From assembly GCA_949372875.1 (NCBI GenBank), contig CASIAW010000007.1, positions 24,736 to 88,735 on the forward strand: a stretch of DNA of 64,000 nucleotides, written 5' to 3'. Below the pieces are notes generated by a model. The model saw only the letters and a program-made list of their open reading frames with translations, was not told the DNA's origin and ran no database searches. Below are positions 1 through 9,879 of this stretch, one piece after another; positions within the stretch are counted from its first letter, which is position 1, and each line of letters starts with the position of its first letter. Source of the stretch: Candidatus Poseidoniaceae archaeon. Its GTDB lineage: Archaea > Thermoplasmatota > Poseidoniia > Poseidoniales > Poseidoniaceae. The position numbers were made by a program, and so were the translations under genes.

Positions 1-647
1 CTGCAGGTATTATGGAATTCACATACGATGAAACCAACAACATGTGGTATTCGAAAGATGACGGATGCAGTGACATTGGAAGCATTACCTTCATTCTCAA
101 CAAGACTGAAAACGGAGCACTACCAGATGCACAAGATGATGACTGGACATGGGAAGAAGAAGAAATGAACATGTTCCCAATCTGCAGTTGGCATTACTCA
201 GTTACCCTCGCAAACGGCTCCATGATGGAAGATCAATGGATGGATGAAGCACCTGAAAGCGGCGATTACGAAATCGTTCTCATCGATGATGCTGCTTACG
301 AAATCTTTGTTTCTTGCTGGGACCCAGAAGGCGGTAAGATGGTCGTTGAAGTAACTAACCCGCTCGGCGTGAACAGCTCAAACACCAGTATTGGAGAAGC
401 AATGGGACACGTCTCATTCAAACTCCCGGCTGGAACTGGTGGTAATGTTACCTTTGACGTCACATGGACTGATGGTTACCATACTGAAAGTGGAACTTTG
501 ACTGTGTTCGCAACTGGAAACGGAACTGTTGACCTTTCTGATGTTGAAACGGAAGGCGAAGGAGTTCTTCCAGGATTCACAGTAGGATTGGGCGTTATTG
601 CAATGCTCGGTGCTGCAATGATTGCTGGCCGACGAAACAACGCTTGA
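1..647 (+). CDS. C-terminal part of an acidic cell-surface protein with a PGF-CTERM sorting signal (5' truncated)
   Basis: Frame is open from the window edge; very acidic; ends LPGF + hydrophobic helix + basic tail (LPGFTVGLGVIAMLGAAMIAGRRNNA), the archaeosortase A signal. Confidence 0.8.
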   Translation, partial: AGIMEFTYDETNNMWYSKDDGCSDIGSITFILNKTENGALPDAQDDDWTWEEEEMNMFPICSWHYSVTLANGSMMEDQWMDEAPESGDYEIVLIDDAAYEIFVSCWDPEGGKMVVEVTNPLGVNSSNTSIGEAMGHVSFKLPAGTGGNVTFDVTWTDGYHTESGTLTVFATGNGTVDLSDVETEGEGVLPGFTVGLGVIAMLGAAMIAGRRNNA

Positions 648-664
648 ATTCAAACTGAATTCAA

Positions 665-682
665 AGGCGGGGAAATCCGCCT
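665..682. terminator. Short GC hairpin between convergent genes
   Basis: AGGCGG-ggaaat-CCGCCT, preceded by two copies of TGAATTCAAA overlapping the stop codon. Confidence 0.4.
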
Positions 683-694
683 GACCTGACCAAG

Positions 695-889
695 TCATAC
701 GGTGACGAATCGGAAGAGTACCTTCGATACTGCGCTGAGCATGAGAACGATCATGAACGAGCCGAGAGCCCAACGGGCCCACGGCCTGTCTGGTTTCTCT
801 GCTGGCCAAGGGTCAATTCCAAGTGCCTCTGCTTCACGAACAATTGCTGCTAATTCTTGCAGTTCTTCTTCAACTGATTGCGCCGCCAT
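695..889 (-). CDS. Small single-pass membrane protein
   Basis: 64 aa, acidic N-terminus and one C-terminal hydrophobic helix; fills the gap between two clear genes. Confidence 0.7.
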   Translation of the reverse strand: MAAQSVEEELQELAAIVREAEALGIDPWPAEKPDRPWARWALGSFMIVLMLSAVSKVLFRFVTV

Positions 890-981
890 GCCCTATGGTA
901 ATGAACGGCGCTACATGATATTCACGCTTGAGCAGCAGTGTACAAACAAAGCCTTGAAACCCACGGCGTACAGCGAAATGC

Positions 982-2499
982 ATGAGTGAAGTTCCCGATG
1001 GCGTATCTCTCGGTTCATTCGAGCGGCGGCCACCCCGGCCTACCGCCACCATGACCATGACTCGTGACGGCCCTGAAGGCGTTGAAGTTCTGCTTGGTCT
1101 TCGCTCTGAAACAATGGCTGCATTCCCAGGTTACTGGGCATTTCCAGGTGGGGGATTGTCTCGTGTTGATACTGCTGCGGTTGAAGCGTTGGAAGGTTTT
1201 GAAGGCCCTGAAGCAAAAGCAACTGCATGTATTCTTCGTGAAATGAGTGAAGAATTAGGTTTAGCTCCTTCAGAGAAAGGTTTAGTCGCACTTCCCATCG
1301 AGGCGCGGAAACAGATTATTGCTGACAAAAGTCAATATTTACCGCTTGCATTACAAGGAGAGTTCCCGTACGACACCCATTCTTTGAAGGTTTTAAGTCA
1401 CCGAATAACACCTCCTTTTGGCCCCATTCAGTTTGATAATGCGTTCATGCACTTCCATGCGGGTCCGAAAGAAAATGTTCCGGAAATCGACCTCGAACCA
1501 CAAACTGAATTCACACAGATTATGTGGGATACGCCAAGTAGTATTCTTCTACGCTGGTCTCAGCATGAAATCAAGGTCGCCCCGCCCGTTGTCACACTTC
1601 TTATGGAAATTGAAAGAACACTCCACCGTAAAGAGCGAGATATGATCAAAGCCGCTCAAGATATTAGTGAGCGCTTACCCAATCGTCGCTCAATATTATT
1701 CGCTCATGGGGTCGAAGTCGTTCCAGTCAAAACGGCTACTTTACCTCCAGCCGACCACACAAATTGCTATCTTGTAGGTGATCCAGAAGGAGAATTTATT
1801 CTGGTTGACCCTGCATCTCATCTCCGTGAAGGAATGGAAGATATGGCCAAGGCTGTAGGGCGTCACAAGGGTGAACTCATCGCGATGATGTTTACACATT
1901 CACATGGGGACCATGTTGGCGACATTGGTTTGCTGCGAGAGGCGTTTGACGTTCCGATTTGGGGGAGTGAATATACCGCTCGTAGTGTTCAATGTGACCG
2001 TATTCTTGAAGACGGTGAACAACTCAAACTCGGCAATCAAACCTGGGAGGTTTTGATTACACCCGGTCACCATCCGGGCCACATCTGCTTACTCGGTGAA
2101 GCAGGGCTTATCGCTGGCGACATGGTTGCTGGAATCGGAACGATATTGATACCACCTCATACCGGGGATATGAACATCTACATGGAACAACTTGAGCGCT
2201 TGAAAAACCTCAATCCTCATCTCTTGTTTCCAAGTCATGGTCCGGTTATTGCTCTACCAACAAAAAAATTCAATCAGTATCTCTCGCATCGTCAAGCACG
2301 ACATCAAGCGGTTTTCAATGCAGTTGAATCAGGGATTGATACTCTTTCAGAGATAACCAGAGCAGCCTATTCAGACACACCGGACGCACACCCTGGACTG
2401 GCTGAAGATCAAACCCTCTCCCACCTCATGTCCTTTCAAAGAGCAGGAACGTTGCATGAAGAGTCTCAAAAATGGTTTATCAAAGGTACCAAACCTTAG
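982..2499 (+). CDS. Nudix hydrolase / MBL-fold metallo-hydrolase fusion (LACTB2-like C-terminal half)
   Basis: Nudix-like FPGG...ILREMSEELG; MBL motifs THSHGDH, TPGHHPGH, GD, PSHG. Confidence 0.85.
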   Translation: MSEVPDGVSLGSFERRPPRPTATMTMTRDGPEGVEVLLGLRSETMAAFPGYWAFPGGGLSRVDTAAVEALEGFEGPEAKATACILREMSEELGLAPSEKGLVALPIEARKQIIADKSQYLPLALQGEFPYDTHSLKVLSHRITPPFGPIQFDNAFMHFHAGPKENVPEIDLEPQTEFTQIMWDTPSSILLRWSQHEIKVAPPVVTLLMEIERTLHRKERDMIKAAQDISERLPNRRSILFAHGVEVVPVKTATLPPADHTNCYLVGDPEGEFILVDPASHLREGMEDMAKAVGRHKGELIAMMFTHSHGDHVGDIGLLREAFDVPIWGSEYTARSVQCDRILEDGEQLKLGNQTWEVLITPGHHPGHICLLGEAGLIAGDMVAGIGTILIPPHTGDMNIYMEQLERLKNLNPHLLFPSHGPVIALPTKKFNQYLSHRQARHQAVFNAVESGIDTLSEITRAAYSDTPDAHPGLAEDQTLSHLMSFQRAGTLHEESQKWFIKGTKP

Positions 2500-2523
2500 A
2501 ACCCATTTACGGTAGGGCGTTTC

Positions 2524-3543
2524 ATGCCACGAAGGGTTGAGTTTACCAAAGCCGGCGCACCAAACACAATTCGTATTGCAGAAATGCCGATGCCGGAACC
2601 AAAAAACGATGAAGTTCGGGTCAAAGTCTCCTATGCTGGAATTAATTTTGCCGACCTGTTGATGCGTCTTGGGTTCTACCAACCTCGCCCACCATACCCA
2701 TTTACTCCCGGATACGAAGTCAGTGGAGTTATCGATGCGGTTGGAGATGAAAACACGGGGTTCGCCATCGGACAACGCGTCGTAGCAGCTATGTCAACCG
2801 GCGGTCAAGCAAGCCATGTTCTTGTTGACAAGAAACGAGTTCTCGCCTTACCGGATGAAATCGAATTAGAGGTTGCTGCAGCCATGCCTGTAACATATCT
2901 TACCGCTCACCATATGTTGCATCATTTGGGCCATATGGAGAAGGATGATTCTGTATTGATTCATGGTGGTGCAGGTGGCGTTGGAACTGCTGCATTGCAG
3001 TTATGTCAATGGGCAGGGGTGACCAAAGTGTGGGCAACTGCTTCAGGTTCGAAAGCGAACATCATCGAATCCTTTGGAGGCCGAGCCATCGACCGGCACA
3101 ACGAAGATTTTGTTCAAATTATCAAGCAAGAGACTGAAGGGGATGGGGTCGATCATATTCTCGACCCGATTGGAGGTGAACACCTCACTCGTTCTCTGTC
3201 TGCCCTCAAAGAAGGCGGACGGCTTTACACGTATGGAATGTCAGCAGTCGCACCCACCTCCAAACGCTCAATGCTGCGAAGTTTCCTCGCATGGAGGAAA
3301 ACTCCTGCATTTGACCCGCTCCGCCTTATGAGTCGAAACCGAGGCGTGTTCGGCGTCCATATGGGCACATGGAAAGATGAAGCAGTAATGCAACGTCAGC
3401 TTCACCGTATCTTAGACGGAATGATGAGTGGAGCACTCTCCCCGGTAATCGATTCTGTATTTGATGTTGAGAATGTTGCAGAAGCGCATCAATATCTTCA
3501 TGACGCAAAGAACGTCGGAAAAGTTCTCCTTCGTTTCAAGTGA
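2524..3543 (+). CDS. Medium-chain reductase (NADPH:quinone oxidoreductase / VAT-1-like)
   Basis: GINFAD, PGYEVSG, HGGAGGVG, C-terminal GKVLL. Confidence 0.9.
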   Translation: MPRRVEFTKAGAPNTIRIAEMPMPEPKNDEVRVKVSYAGINFADLLMRLGFYQPRPPYPFTPGYEVSGVIDAVGDENTGFAIGQRVVAAMSTGGQASHVLVDKKRVLALPDEIELEVAAAMPVTYLTAHHMLHHLGHMEKDDSVLIHGGAGGVGTAALQLCQWAGVTKVWATASGSKANIIESFGGRAIDRHNEDFVQIIKQETEGDGVDHILDPIGGEHLTRSLSALKEGGRLYTYGMSAVAPTSKRSMLRSFLAWRKTPAFDPLRLMSRNRGVFGVHMGTWKDEAVMQRQLHRILDGMMSGALSPVIDSVFDVENVAEAHQYLHDAKNVGKVLLRFK

Positions 3544-3588
3544 GGATTCAAGAAGCGTCGATGACAGGTCAGTAAGGAGGCGGGGTGC

Positions 3589-5763
3589 ATGAAAGCGACA
3601 ATGTCAGGCTTTGATTTGCGAGCAGTTGCACGTGAATTGAATGAGTACTCTGGCGCTTACGTCAAGAAGGCATACATGCCACACTACGAGCAAATCGTAC
3701 TCCGCATCAATCCAAAGGACATTGACCAATTTGATTTGGTCCTGGTTCGGGGCGCTCGAATCTACACTTCGAACAGAGACCGGCCGATGCCTATGACGCC
3801 CCCCCCGTTTGCCATGGTGCTCCGAAAACATCTGAAAAATGCTCGAATGACGGGCGTTCATCAACTTGGATTCGACAGAGTGTTGTGCTTTGACTTTGAC
3901 ACGAAATTCGGCCAATACCACCTCTATGTCGAAGTTTTTCGTGATGGAAATATTATTCTCACCGATGAAAAGAACATCATCATTCAGCCCTTAACACACG
4001 CCTCTTATGCTGGTCGAACATTGAAAAAAGGAGTTGAATATCAACCACCACCTCCAGCAATGGACCCTCATGAGATAAAAATGGAACATTTGGTTGAAAT
4101 GTTTGAAACTTCAGATCGAGACCTCGTATCCACACTCGGTGGCAAAGTCAATCTTGGTGGTACTCACGCCAATGCTGTCTGTGCTCTGGCTGGAATGGAA
4201 GCGAACATCGACACACAAGAAGCAGATGCGCAAAAAATACACACGGCATTACAGTCGCTTCTTACCGATTTAGCAGAGAGCAAAGAAGGATTTTTACTTC
4301 TCAAGCCCGACCAAAAAAATACCACTGAATCTCTTGAAACTCAAGCCTCAAAACATGAACCAAATGGAAAAAGAGACCGCTTCTTTGAACAATTTGCTTG
4401 TGAAGCAACACCAACTCTTCTGCCGAATCACGAACAATTTGCGAAAGCTACCTTTCCGACTTTATGTCAAGCAGTTGATGCTTGGAAGGGTGCTCACGAT
4501 GCAATGGCACTTGCGCGACGCGAAGCAGAAAAATTGGATATCGCAGCACCAGGCCGAGGTCATTCAACCGATGTCGAACGACTCGAACGACGCCAAGTGC
4601 AGCAGGAAAAAGCATTGAAAGGGTTTTCAGTGAAAATTGAGAAGCAACAAATGCTTGGACACGTCATCCAAAATAACTGGACACATGTCGAAAGTCTTCT
4701 GACCCAAGTTTCAGCAGCCGTAGAAGAAAAAGGCTGGAGTCAAGTGAAAAAAGATGCCAAAGAAATACCTTGGATTCAATCATTAAATCCTGCTCAACGT
4801 AGTTTTGTAACGATATTGCCAAATGAAAACAATGAGCCTAAAGGACCTCAAGCAACGCTTTCTTTAGACGAAACAGTTCATCAAAATGCTCAACGTCACT
4901 TCGAAGCAGCAAGAAAACAGAAGGACAAAACGAAAGGTGCTGTCGAAGCGCTTGAGGAAACGATTCTCTATTTACAGCGTGCCAAAAAGAAAGAAGAAAA
5001 ACAACAAGCAAGTGGAAAACTCAACAAAATCAAGCGAAGTAAGCGATTATGGTTTGAAAACCATCGATGGACTATGCTTAGCGGAGGCCATTTACTGGTT
5101 GGTGGAAAAGACGCTAAAGGCAACGATGCAATTGTCAAAAAGCACCTTTCCGGTTCTGACATGTATCTTCACGCTGACTTACATGGCGCACCGAGTTGTA
5201 GTCTGAGAGCAACACAAGGATTCGCCCCCGACCAGCACAAACCAGCCCACATACCTGAGGATGTTCCCGCCTTTCGATTGGTCGATAAGCTCGGTGATGA
5301 ACGAATCACCGCTGAAAAACTCGAAGAAGCAGCTACATTGGCCTTGTGTTGGAGCCGTGCATGGGCTGGTGGTGGTGCACACGGAACTGTTTACGCAGTC
5401 AAACCTGCCCAAGTATCCAAAACGGCCCAAACGGGAGAATATGTAGGCAAAGGGGCCTTCATTGTTCGAGGACAACGACAATGGTTCAAAGATCTCGATG
5501 TTCAAATCGGCATCGGAATTGTAGCCATTAATGGCGTCCCCTTGCTCATGGGAGGATTGCCGGAAACCATTCGCTCACTGTGCCAGCGCTTTGCAATACT
5601 TCGTCCAGGCATGGTCAAAAAAGAACAACTGGCGAACCGGATTTACAAGAATACGGGTTTAATGACGGATGATGTCCTCGGCGTCTTACCAGGAGCTGCT
5701 GATATCATAGAAGACTTCGGGATTTTTAGCCCTGCGAAGAAAAGTGCTCAAGAAGAAGAGTGA
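3589..5763 (+). CDS. rqcH: Ribosome quality-control protein Rqc2/RqcH (NFACT family)
   Basis: MSGFDLRAV start, FAMVLRKHL, FDRV, GNIILTD, WFE..RW, GGKDA..N, HADLHGAP, GAFIVRGQR. Confidence 0.92.
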   Translation: MKATMSGFDLRAVARELNEYSGAYVKKAYMPHYEQIVLRINPKDIDQFDLVLVRGARIYTSNRDRPMPMTPPPFAMVLRKHLKNARMTGVHQLGFDRVLCFDFDTKFGQYHLYVEVFRDGNIILTDEKNIIIQPLTHASYAGRTLKKGVEYQPPPPAMDPHEIKMEHLVEMFETSDRDLVSTLGGKVNLGGTHANAVCALAGMEANIDTQEADAQKIHTALQSLLTDLAESKEGFLLLKPDQKNTTESLETQASKHEPNGKRDRFFEQFACEATPTLLPNHEQFAKATFPTLCQAVDAWKGAHDAMALARREAEKLDIAAPGRGHSTDVERLERRQVQQEKALKGFSVKIEKQQMLGHVIQNNWTHVESLLTQVSAAVEEKGWSQVKKDAKEIPWIQSLNPAQRSFVTILPNENNEPKGPQATLSLDETVHQNAQRHFEAARKQKDKTKGAVEALEETILYLQRAKKKEEKQQASGKLNKIKRSKRLWFENHRWTMLSGGHLLVGGKDAKGNDAIVKKHLSGSDMYLHADLHGAPSCSLRATQGFAPDQHKPAHIPEDVPAFRLVDKLGDERITAEKLEEAATLALCWSRAWAGGGAHGTVYAVKPAQVSKTAQTGEYVGKGAFIVRGQRQWFKDLDVQIGIGIVAINGVPLLMGGLPETIRSLCQRFAILRPGMVKKEQLANRIYKNTGLMTDDVLGVLPGAADIIEDFGIFSPAKKSAQEEE

Positions 5764-5778
5764 AGTTCGTTTCACTCT
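5757..5778. terminator. Hairpin between convergent rqcH and helicase genes (possibly bidirectional)
   Basis: AGAGTGAA-g-TTCG-t-TTCACTCT: 8-bp stem plus a G-U pair closing a UUCG loop. Confidence 0.5.
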
Positions 5779-7412
5779 CAGTTTCCGCCGCTATTATAGC
5801 CGCCTTTTTTACCGCTGTTTCCGCCTCTCGACTGAGGTTTTTGGCCACCTTGGTAGCCTTTGCTTGAGTTTTTACTTGGTTTGTAATTTTGGCCACGTGC
5901 TTCACCGCGATAGCCACCGCTGCTTCCGCCGCCGGAGTTACTTCTACCGCCACCGCCGCTTCGACCACCGCCGCCGCTTCGACCACCGCCGCCACCGCCA
6001 CGGTATCCACCGCCGCCGCTTCGACCACCGCCGCCGCCTCGACCACCGCCGCCACCGCCACGGTATCCACCGCCGCCGCTTCGACCACCGCCGCCGCCTC
6101 GACCGCCGCCGCCACCGCCACGGTATCCACCGCCGCCGCCTCGACCACCGCCGCCACCGCCACGGTATCCACCGCCGCCGCCTCGACCACCGCCGCCACC
6201 GCCACGGTATCCACCGCCACCGCCACGACCGCCTGAATCGTTCCGATTGGAACGTTGTCGGCGTTCTGCTGCAATATATTCGACTTCAAATTCGGGTAAG
6301 TTTGTAAATTCTGGAGGTTCAAATTCAACTCGGATACCAACTTCTCGTTGGATTTTTCCAAATTGCTTTTTCTGAGGTTTTTGAACCAGTGAGATGACGA
6401 TTCCAGTGGCTCCACCTCGGGCAGTTCGGCCACTACGGTGCTTGTAGGCCTTACCGTTTTCTGGAGGATCGTAATGAATAACACAGTTGACACCCTCTAC
6501 GTCAATACCACGTGCTGCCACATCTGTTGCGATGAGAGCCATACACTCACCATGTTGGAACCGAGACATTGCTGCATCACGTTGGCGTTGAGATAATCCA
6601 CCATGCAGTGTTTCGATAGCCATTCCATCGAATTGCATTTCATCACCAACGCGGTCAACACCATTTCGTGTTCGACAGAAGATAATTGTTCGACCACACT
6701 TTCGAATGATTTCTGAAGAGATTGCCGACTTTTTCGAGTTTGGCATTAACCAGAAGAAATGCGTCATGCTCTCCATTGTAACTTCCTTTGGGCCAACTTC
6801 AATGGTAACAGGGTCGGTTTGGTAGTCGCGAACTAAATCTGCAACTTCATCATCTAAAGTAGCACTGAATAAAATCGTTTGACGGTCCGGTTTACATTTG
6901 TCAAGAATCTTACAAACGGGTTCCATGAAACCCATATCGGCCATTCGGTCCGCCTCGTCAAGGACGACCACGCCAACATCATCCAATGAAACTGCGCCTC
7001 TGTCCATCATATCGATTAATCGGCCAGGACATGCAACAAGAATATCGACACCTCGGTCAAGGGAGCGAAACTGCTTGTTGTATGAACTTCCACCATACAT
7101 AGCGAGAACATACAGTTGAAGTTCGTAAGCAAGCGGATCAAGAACTTTGTAAATCTGTTCAGCCAACTCTCTGGTTGGTGTAAGAATAAGAGATGTAGGA
7201 CGACGAGGTTCTGCTTCTTTTGTTCGAGCAAGTAAAGGTAAACCGAAGGCAAGAGTCTTTCCAGAGCCCGTTGGAGCTCTACAGCAAACATCCCGACCAA
7301 GCATACCGTCTGGAATAGATTCTCGCTGAACTTCAAACGGTTCAAGAATGCCTTGCTTTTTCAAGGTCTCAACCAAAACAGGCTCAATGCCCAAATCTTC
7401 GAACGATACCAT
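5778..7412 (-). CDS. DEAD-box RNA helicase with long RGG/Gly-rich tail
   Basis: APTGSGKT, PTRELA, DEAD, SAT, ARGID, HRSGRTAR. Confidence 0.95.
   Translation of the reverse strand: MVSFEDLGIEPVLVETLKKQGILEPFEVQRESIPDGMLGRDVCCRAPTGSGKTLAFGLPLLARTKEAEPRRPTSLILTPTRELAEQIYKVLDPLAYELQLYVLAMYGGSSYNKQFRSLDRGVDILVACPGRLIDMMDRGAVSLDDVGVVVLDEADRMADMGFMEPVCKILDKCKPDRQTILFSATLDDEVADLVRDYQTDPVTIEVGPKEVTMESMTHFFWLMPNSKKSAISSEIIRKCGRTIIFCRTRNGVDRVGDEMQFDGMAIETLHGGLSQRQRDAAMSRFQHGECMALIATDVAARGIDVEGVNCVIHYDPPENGKAYKHRSGRTARGGATGIVISLVQKPQKKQFGKIQREVGIRVEFEPPEFTNLPEFEVEYIAAERRQRSNRNDSGGRGGGGGYRGGGGGGRGGGGGYRGGGGGGRGGGGGYRGGGGGGRGGGGGRSGGGGYRGGGGGGRGGGGGRSGGGGYRGGGGGGRSGGGGRSGGGGRSNSGGGSSGGYRGEARGQNYKPSKNSSKGYQGGQKPQSRGGNSGKKGGYNSGGN
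5947..6234 (-). repeat. Coding GC-rich tandem repeats (GGGGYRGGGGGGR units) in the helicase tail
   Basis: Repeated ccaccgccgccaccgccacggtat blocks; five GGYRGGGGGG units in the protein. Confidence 0.9.
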
Positions 7413-7499
7413 CAGTCTACCCCATTTGGTGGCCGTTGTCCTGCCCTATTTGATACCCACAGTCGGAAAAACCGTTTTCTTGGGCTCTGAACGGATGCT

Positions 7500-8693
7500 T
7501 CAGGAACGCCGAACAAGCATTGCGACAGCATTACCGCCGCCTAAACAAAGGGTTACGATTCCAGATTGGGCATCACTACGACGCATGACGCCAAGCATGG
7601 TCATTAGGCAACGTGTACCACTTGAGCCGAGTGGGTGACCGATGCTAATTGCACCGCCGTGAAGGTTAAATCGATCTTCTGGAATGTTCAATTCTTGAGC
7701 AACTGCACAAGAAGCAGATGCAAAGGCCTCATTGTGCTCATAGATATCAACATCAAGAACATTCAACTGGTTTCGTTCAAGAAGGGTCTTGACCGCTGGA
7801 ATCGGTGCACTCATCACTCGACCAGGTTCGACTCCGCTGGTGCAATAGTCTTCGATATATGCAATGATTTCCCAGCCTTGTTGTTGAGCATAAGACGCAT
7901 TTGCAATGACGACGGCACTTGCTCCATCATTGAGTGTGCTTGCATTACCTGCAGTTACTTGACCGTCTTTTTGGAACACCGGTCTCAATCCTGAAAGAGA
8001 TTCTGCATCCGTATTTGCACGGATACCCTCATCATGGGACAAGAAAATTGATGCTCCTCGTCTTTGAGGAATCTCAACATCGAAAGTTTCCCAGTCCAAC
8101 CATCCCTTTGCTTGGGCTTCTGCCGCACGTTGATGGCTGCGAGCAGCAAATCGGTCTGATTGTTCTCGAGAGATAGAGCATTCTATGGCAACAGTTTCGC
8201 CGGTATTACCCATGTGTACGTCGTTGTAACCATCCCATAATCCATCATGAATCATTGAATCTACGAGTGTTGAGTTGCCCATTTTAGACCCTTTTCGGTG
8301 GTTCATCAAGAGGTGAGGCGAGTTCGACATGCTCTCCATCCCACCAGCAATAATCACATTGTATTCTCCTGCCCGGATACTGTTCGCAGCAATCATGGCT
8401 GCTTTGAGCGAACTTCCGCATACTTTGTTAATCGTAACACACGGTGTAGTCACAGGCAATCCAGAGCCAAGAGCGACTTGCCGAGCAGGATTTTGTCCAG
8501 AACCAGCCTGTAAAACTTGACCAAAAATGACCTCGTCAACACCGCCTTCAGAAGGTTTGATACCGACTCGTTCACAGACTTCTTTAACGGCAAGAACCCC
8601 CAAATCTACTGCACTCATGCTTGAAAGTGCTCCCATGAACTTGCCTACAGGAGTTCGAGCCACGCCACAAATTGCTACTCTTGGTTGGCTCAT
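7500..8693 (-). CDS. Acetyl-CoA C-acetyltransferase (thiolase)
   Basis: NKVCGS, NEAF, GHPLG, CLGGG motifs. Confidence 0.95.
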   Translation of the reverse strand: MSQPRVAICGVARTPVGKFMGALSSMSAVDLGVLAVKEVCERVGIKPSEGGVDEVIFGQVLQAGSGQNPARQVALGSGLPVTTPCVTINKVCGSSLKAAMIAANSIRAGEYNVIIAGGMESMSNSPHLLMNHRKGSKMGNSTLVDSMIHDGLWDGYNDVHMGNTGETVAIECSISREQSDRFAARSHQRAAEAQAKGWLDWETFDVEIPQRRGASIFLSHDEGIRANTDAESLSGLRPVFQKDGQVTAGNASTLNDGASAVVIANASYAQQQGWEIIAYIEDYCTSGVEPGRVMSAPIPAVKTLLERNQLNVLDVDIYEHNEAFASASCAVAQELNIPEDRFNLHGGAISIGHPLGSSGTRCLMTMLGVMRRSDAQSGIVTLCLGGGNAVAMLVRRS

Positions 8694-8789
8694 ACCACCC
8701 CTAACCGAATGGTATTCTTCAATGTGCGCGCATCTCTGTTAGGTGAAAGTGAGGAGAAGACTTGATGAAGAGAAGGTGCTGGCGGTAGC

Positions 8790-9614
8790 ATGGCGAAATT
8801 CAAGACCGAGTTTAACACAGACCGAAAGGCGAATGAAATGCGACACGTCGAAGTCGAAATCGACTTCACACCGAATGCACTGGCATCGATTCTTTACCGC
8901 CAAGGAGATACCGTCATTCTCGTTTGCTGTACCAAAGAAGCAAGATTGCCTGGTTGGTTCCCACGAGACTCAACAAAGGGCTGGGTTCATGCAGAATACT
9001 CGTTGCTTCCTGGTTCAACAGATTCCCGCTTCCGTAGAGAACGAAGAGGGGCAAAAGGCCGAACTCAAGAGATTGAACGCCTCATTGCTCGCTCACTTCG
9101 AGCTGCTGTAGACTTGGAAGCACTTGGGCCGGTCGCACTCAATGTCGATTGTGATGTCCTTAACGCAGACGGTGGCACTCGCTGTGCATCCATTACTGCC
9201 GCAAACATTGCTCTACGCCTCGCTGTTCGACGCTTAATCGCTCAAGGTAAGTGCTTACCTTTGGACATGCGACCAACCGAAGACCAGCGCAAAGGCGGTT
9301 GGACCGCACCATCTCTTTCTGACACTGAAAAAGAAAACCACGAGAATGCGGTCATTCCTCATGACTTAGCCGCAATCTCTGTCGGGCTTATCGACGGAGA
9401 TGTCTATCTTGATCTTGACTATGTGCTCGATTCAAATGCTGATGTCGACATGAATGTTGTCAAAACTGCTGATGGAAAATACGTCGAAATACAAGGCACT
9501 GGTGAAGAATCAACCTTCTCGAGTGACGAACTAATCGCACTGCTCGGTAGCGCTGACGGGGGACTTGATGCTCTGTTTGAAGCTCAAAAAGTCATTCTTG
9601 ACGGTATTGAATGA
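8790..9614 (+). CDS. rph: Ribonuclease PH (bacterial type)
   Basis: GWVHAEYSLLP, GRTQEIERLIARSLR, DCDVLNADGGTRCASIT, DMNVV, EIQGTGE. Confidence 0.9.
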   Translation: MAKFKTEFNTDRKANEMRHVEVEIDFTPNALASILYRQGDTVILVCCTKEARLPGWFPRDSTKGWVHAEYSLLPGSTDSRFRRERRGAKGRTQEIERLIARSLRAAVDLEALGPVALNVDCDVLNADGGTRCASITAANIALRLAVRRLIAQGKCLPLDMRPTEDQRKGGWTAPSLSDTEKENHENAVIPHDLAAISVGLIDGDVYLDLDYVLDSNADVDMNVVKTADGKYVEIQGTGEESTFSSDELIALLGSADGGLDALFEAQKVILDGIE

Positions 9615-9688
9615 GTTCGACACTCTTCAAAGATTCAACATTCATTGGCGAAAGCCTTGATATGGCAGGGGTTATCGCCGAACTGCAC

Positions 9689-9761
9689 GGGTCAGTAGCT
9701 TAGTTGGGAGAGCGCGGCACTGAAGATGCCGAGGTCGCTGGTTCAAGTCCGGCCTGACCCA
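9689..9761 (+). tRNA. tRNA-Phe (GAA), no intron, CCA not fully encoded
   Basis: Acceptor GGGTCAG/CTGACCC; D arm GCTT/GAGC; anticodon arm CGGCA-CT-GAA-GA-TGCCG; T arm GCTGG-TTCAAGT-CCGGC. Confidence 0.97.
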
Positions 9762-9773
9762 CCTCAACTCATC

Positions 9774-9808
9774 ACTGCGAATGCTTTGGCTTGCAGTTAA
9801 CTTTTTTT
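9774..9808 (+). terminator. Putative terminator downstream of tRNA-Phe
   Basis: ACTGCGA/TTGCAGT stem followed by a T7 tract at 9802-9808. Confidence 0.45.
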
Positions 9809-9879
9809 CAAATTGCTCAGACCTTTGGCTGTGAGAAATCAATCGTTGGGTTCATGTGCTATGCCTTTCTGCTCTGTGT

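Noticed and set aside
5726-6493. Long alternative-frame ORFs (Ala/Val-, Arg/His- and Ala/Thr-rich) over the helicase tail
   Set aside because: Shadows of the stop-free GC-rich repeat within the DEAD-box gene.
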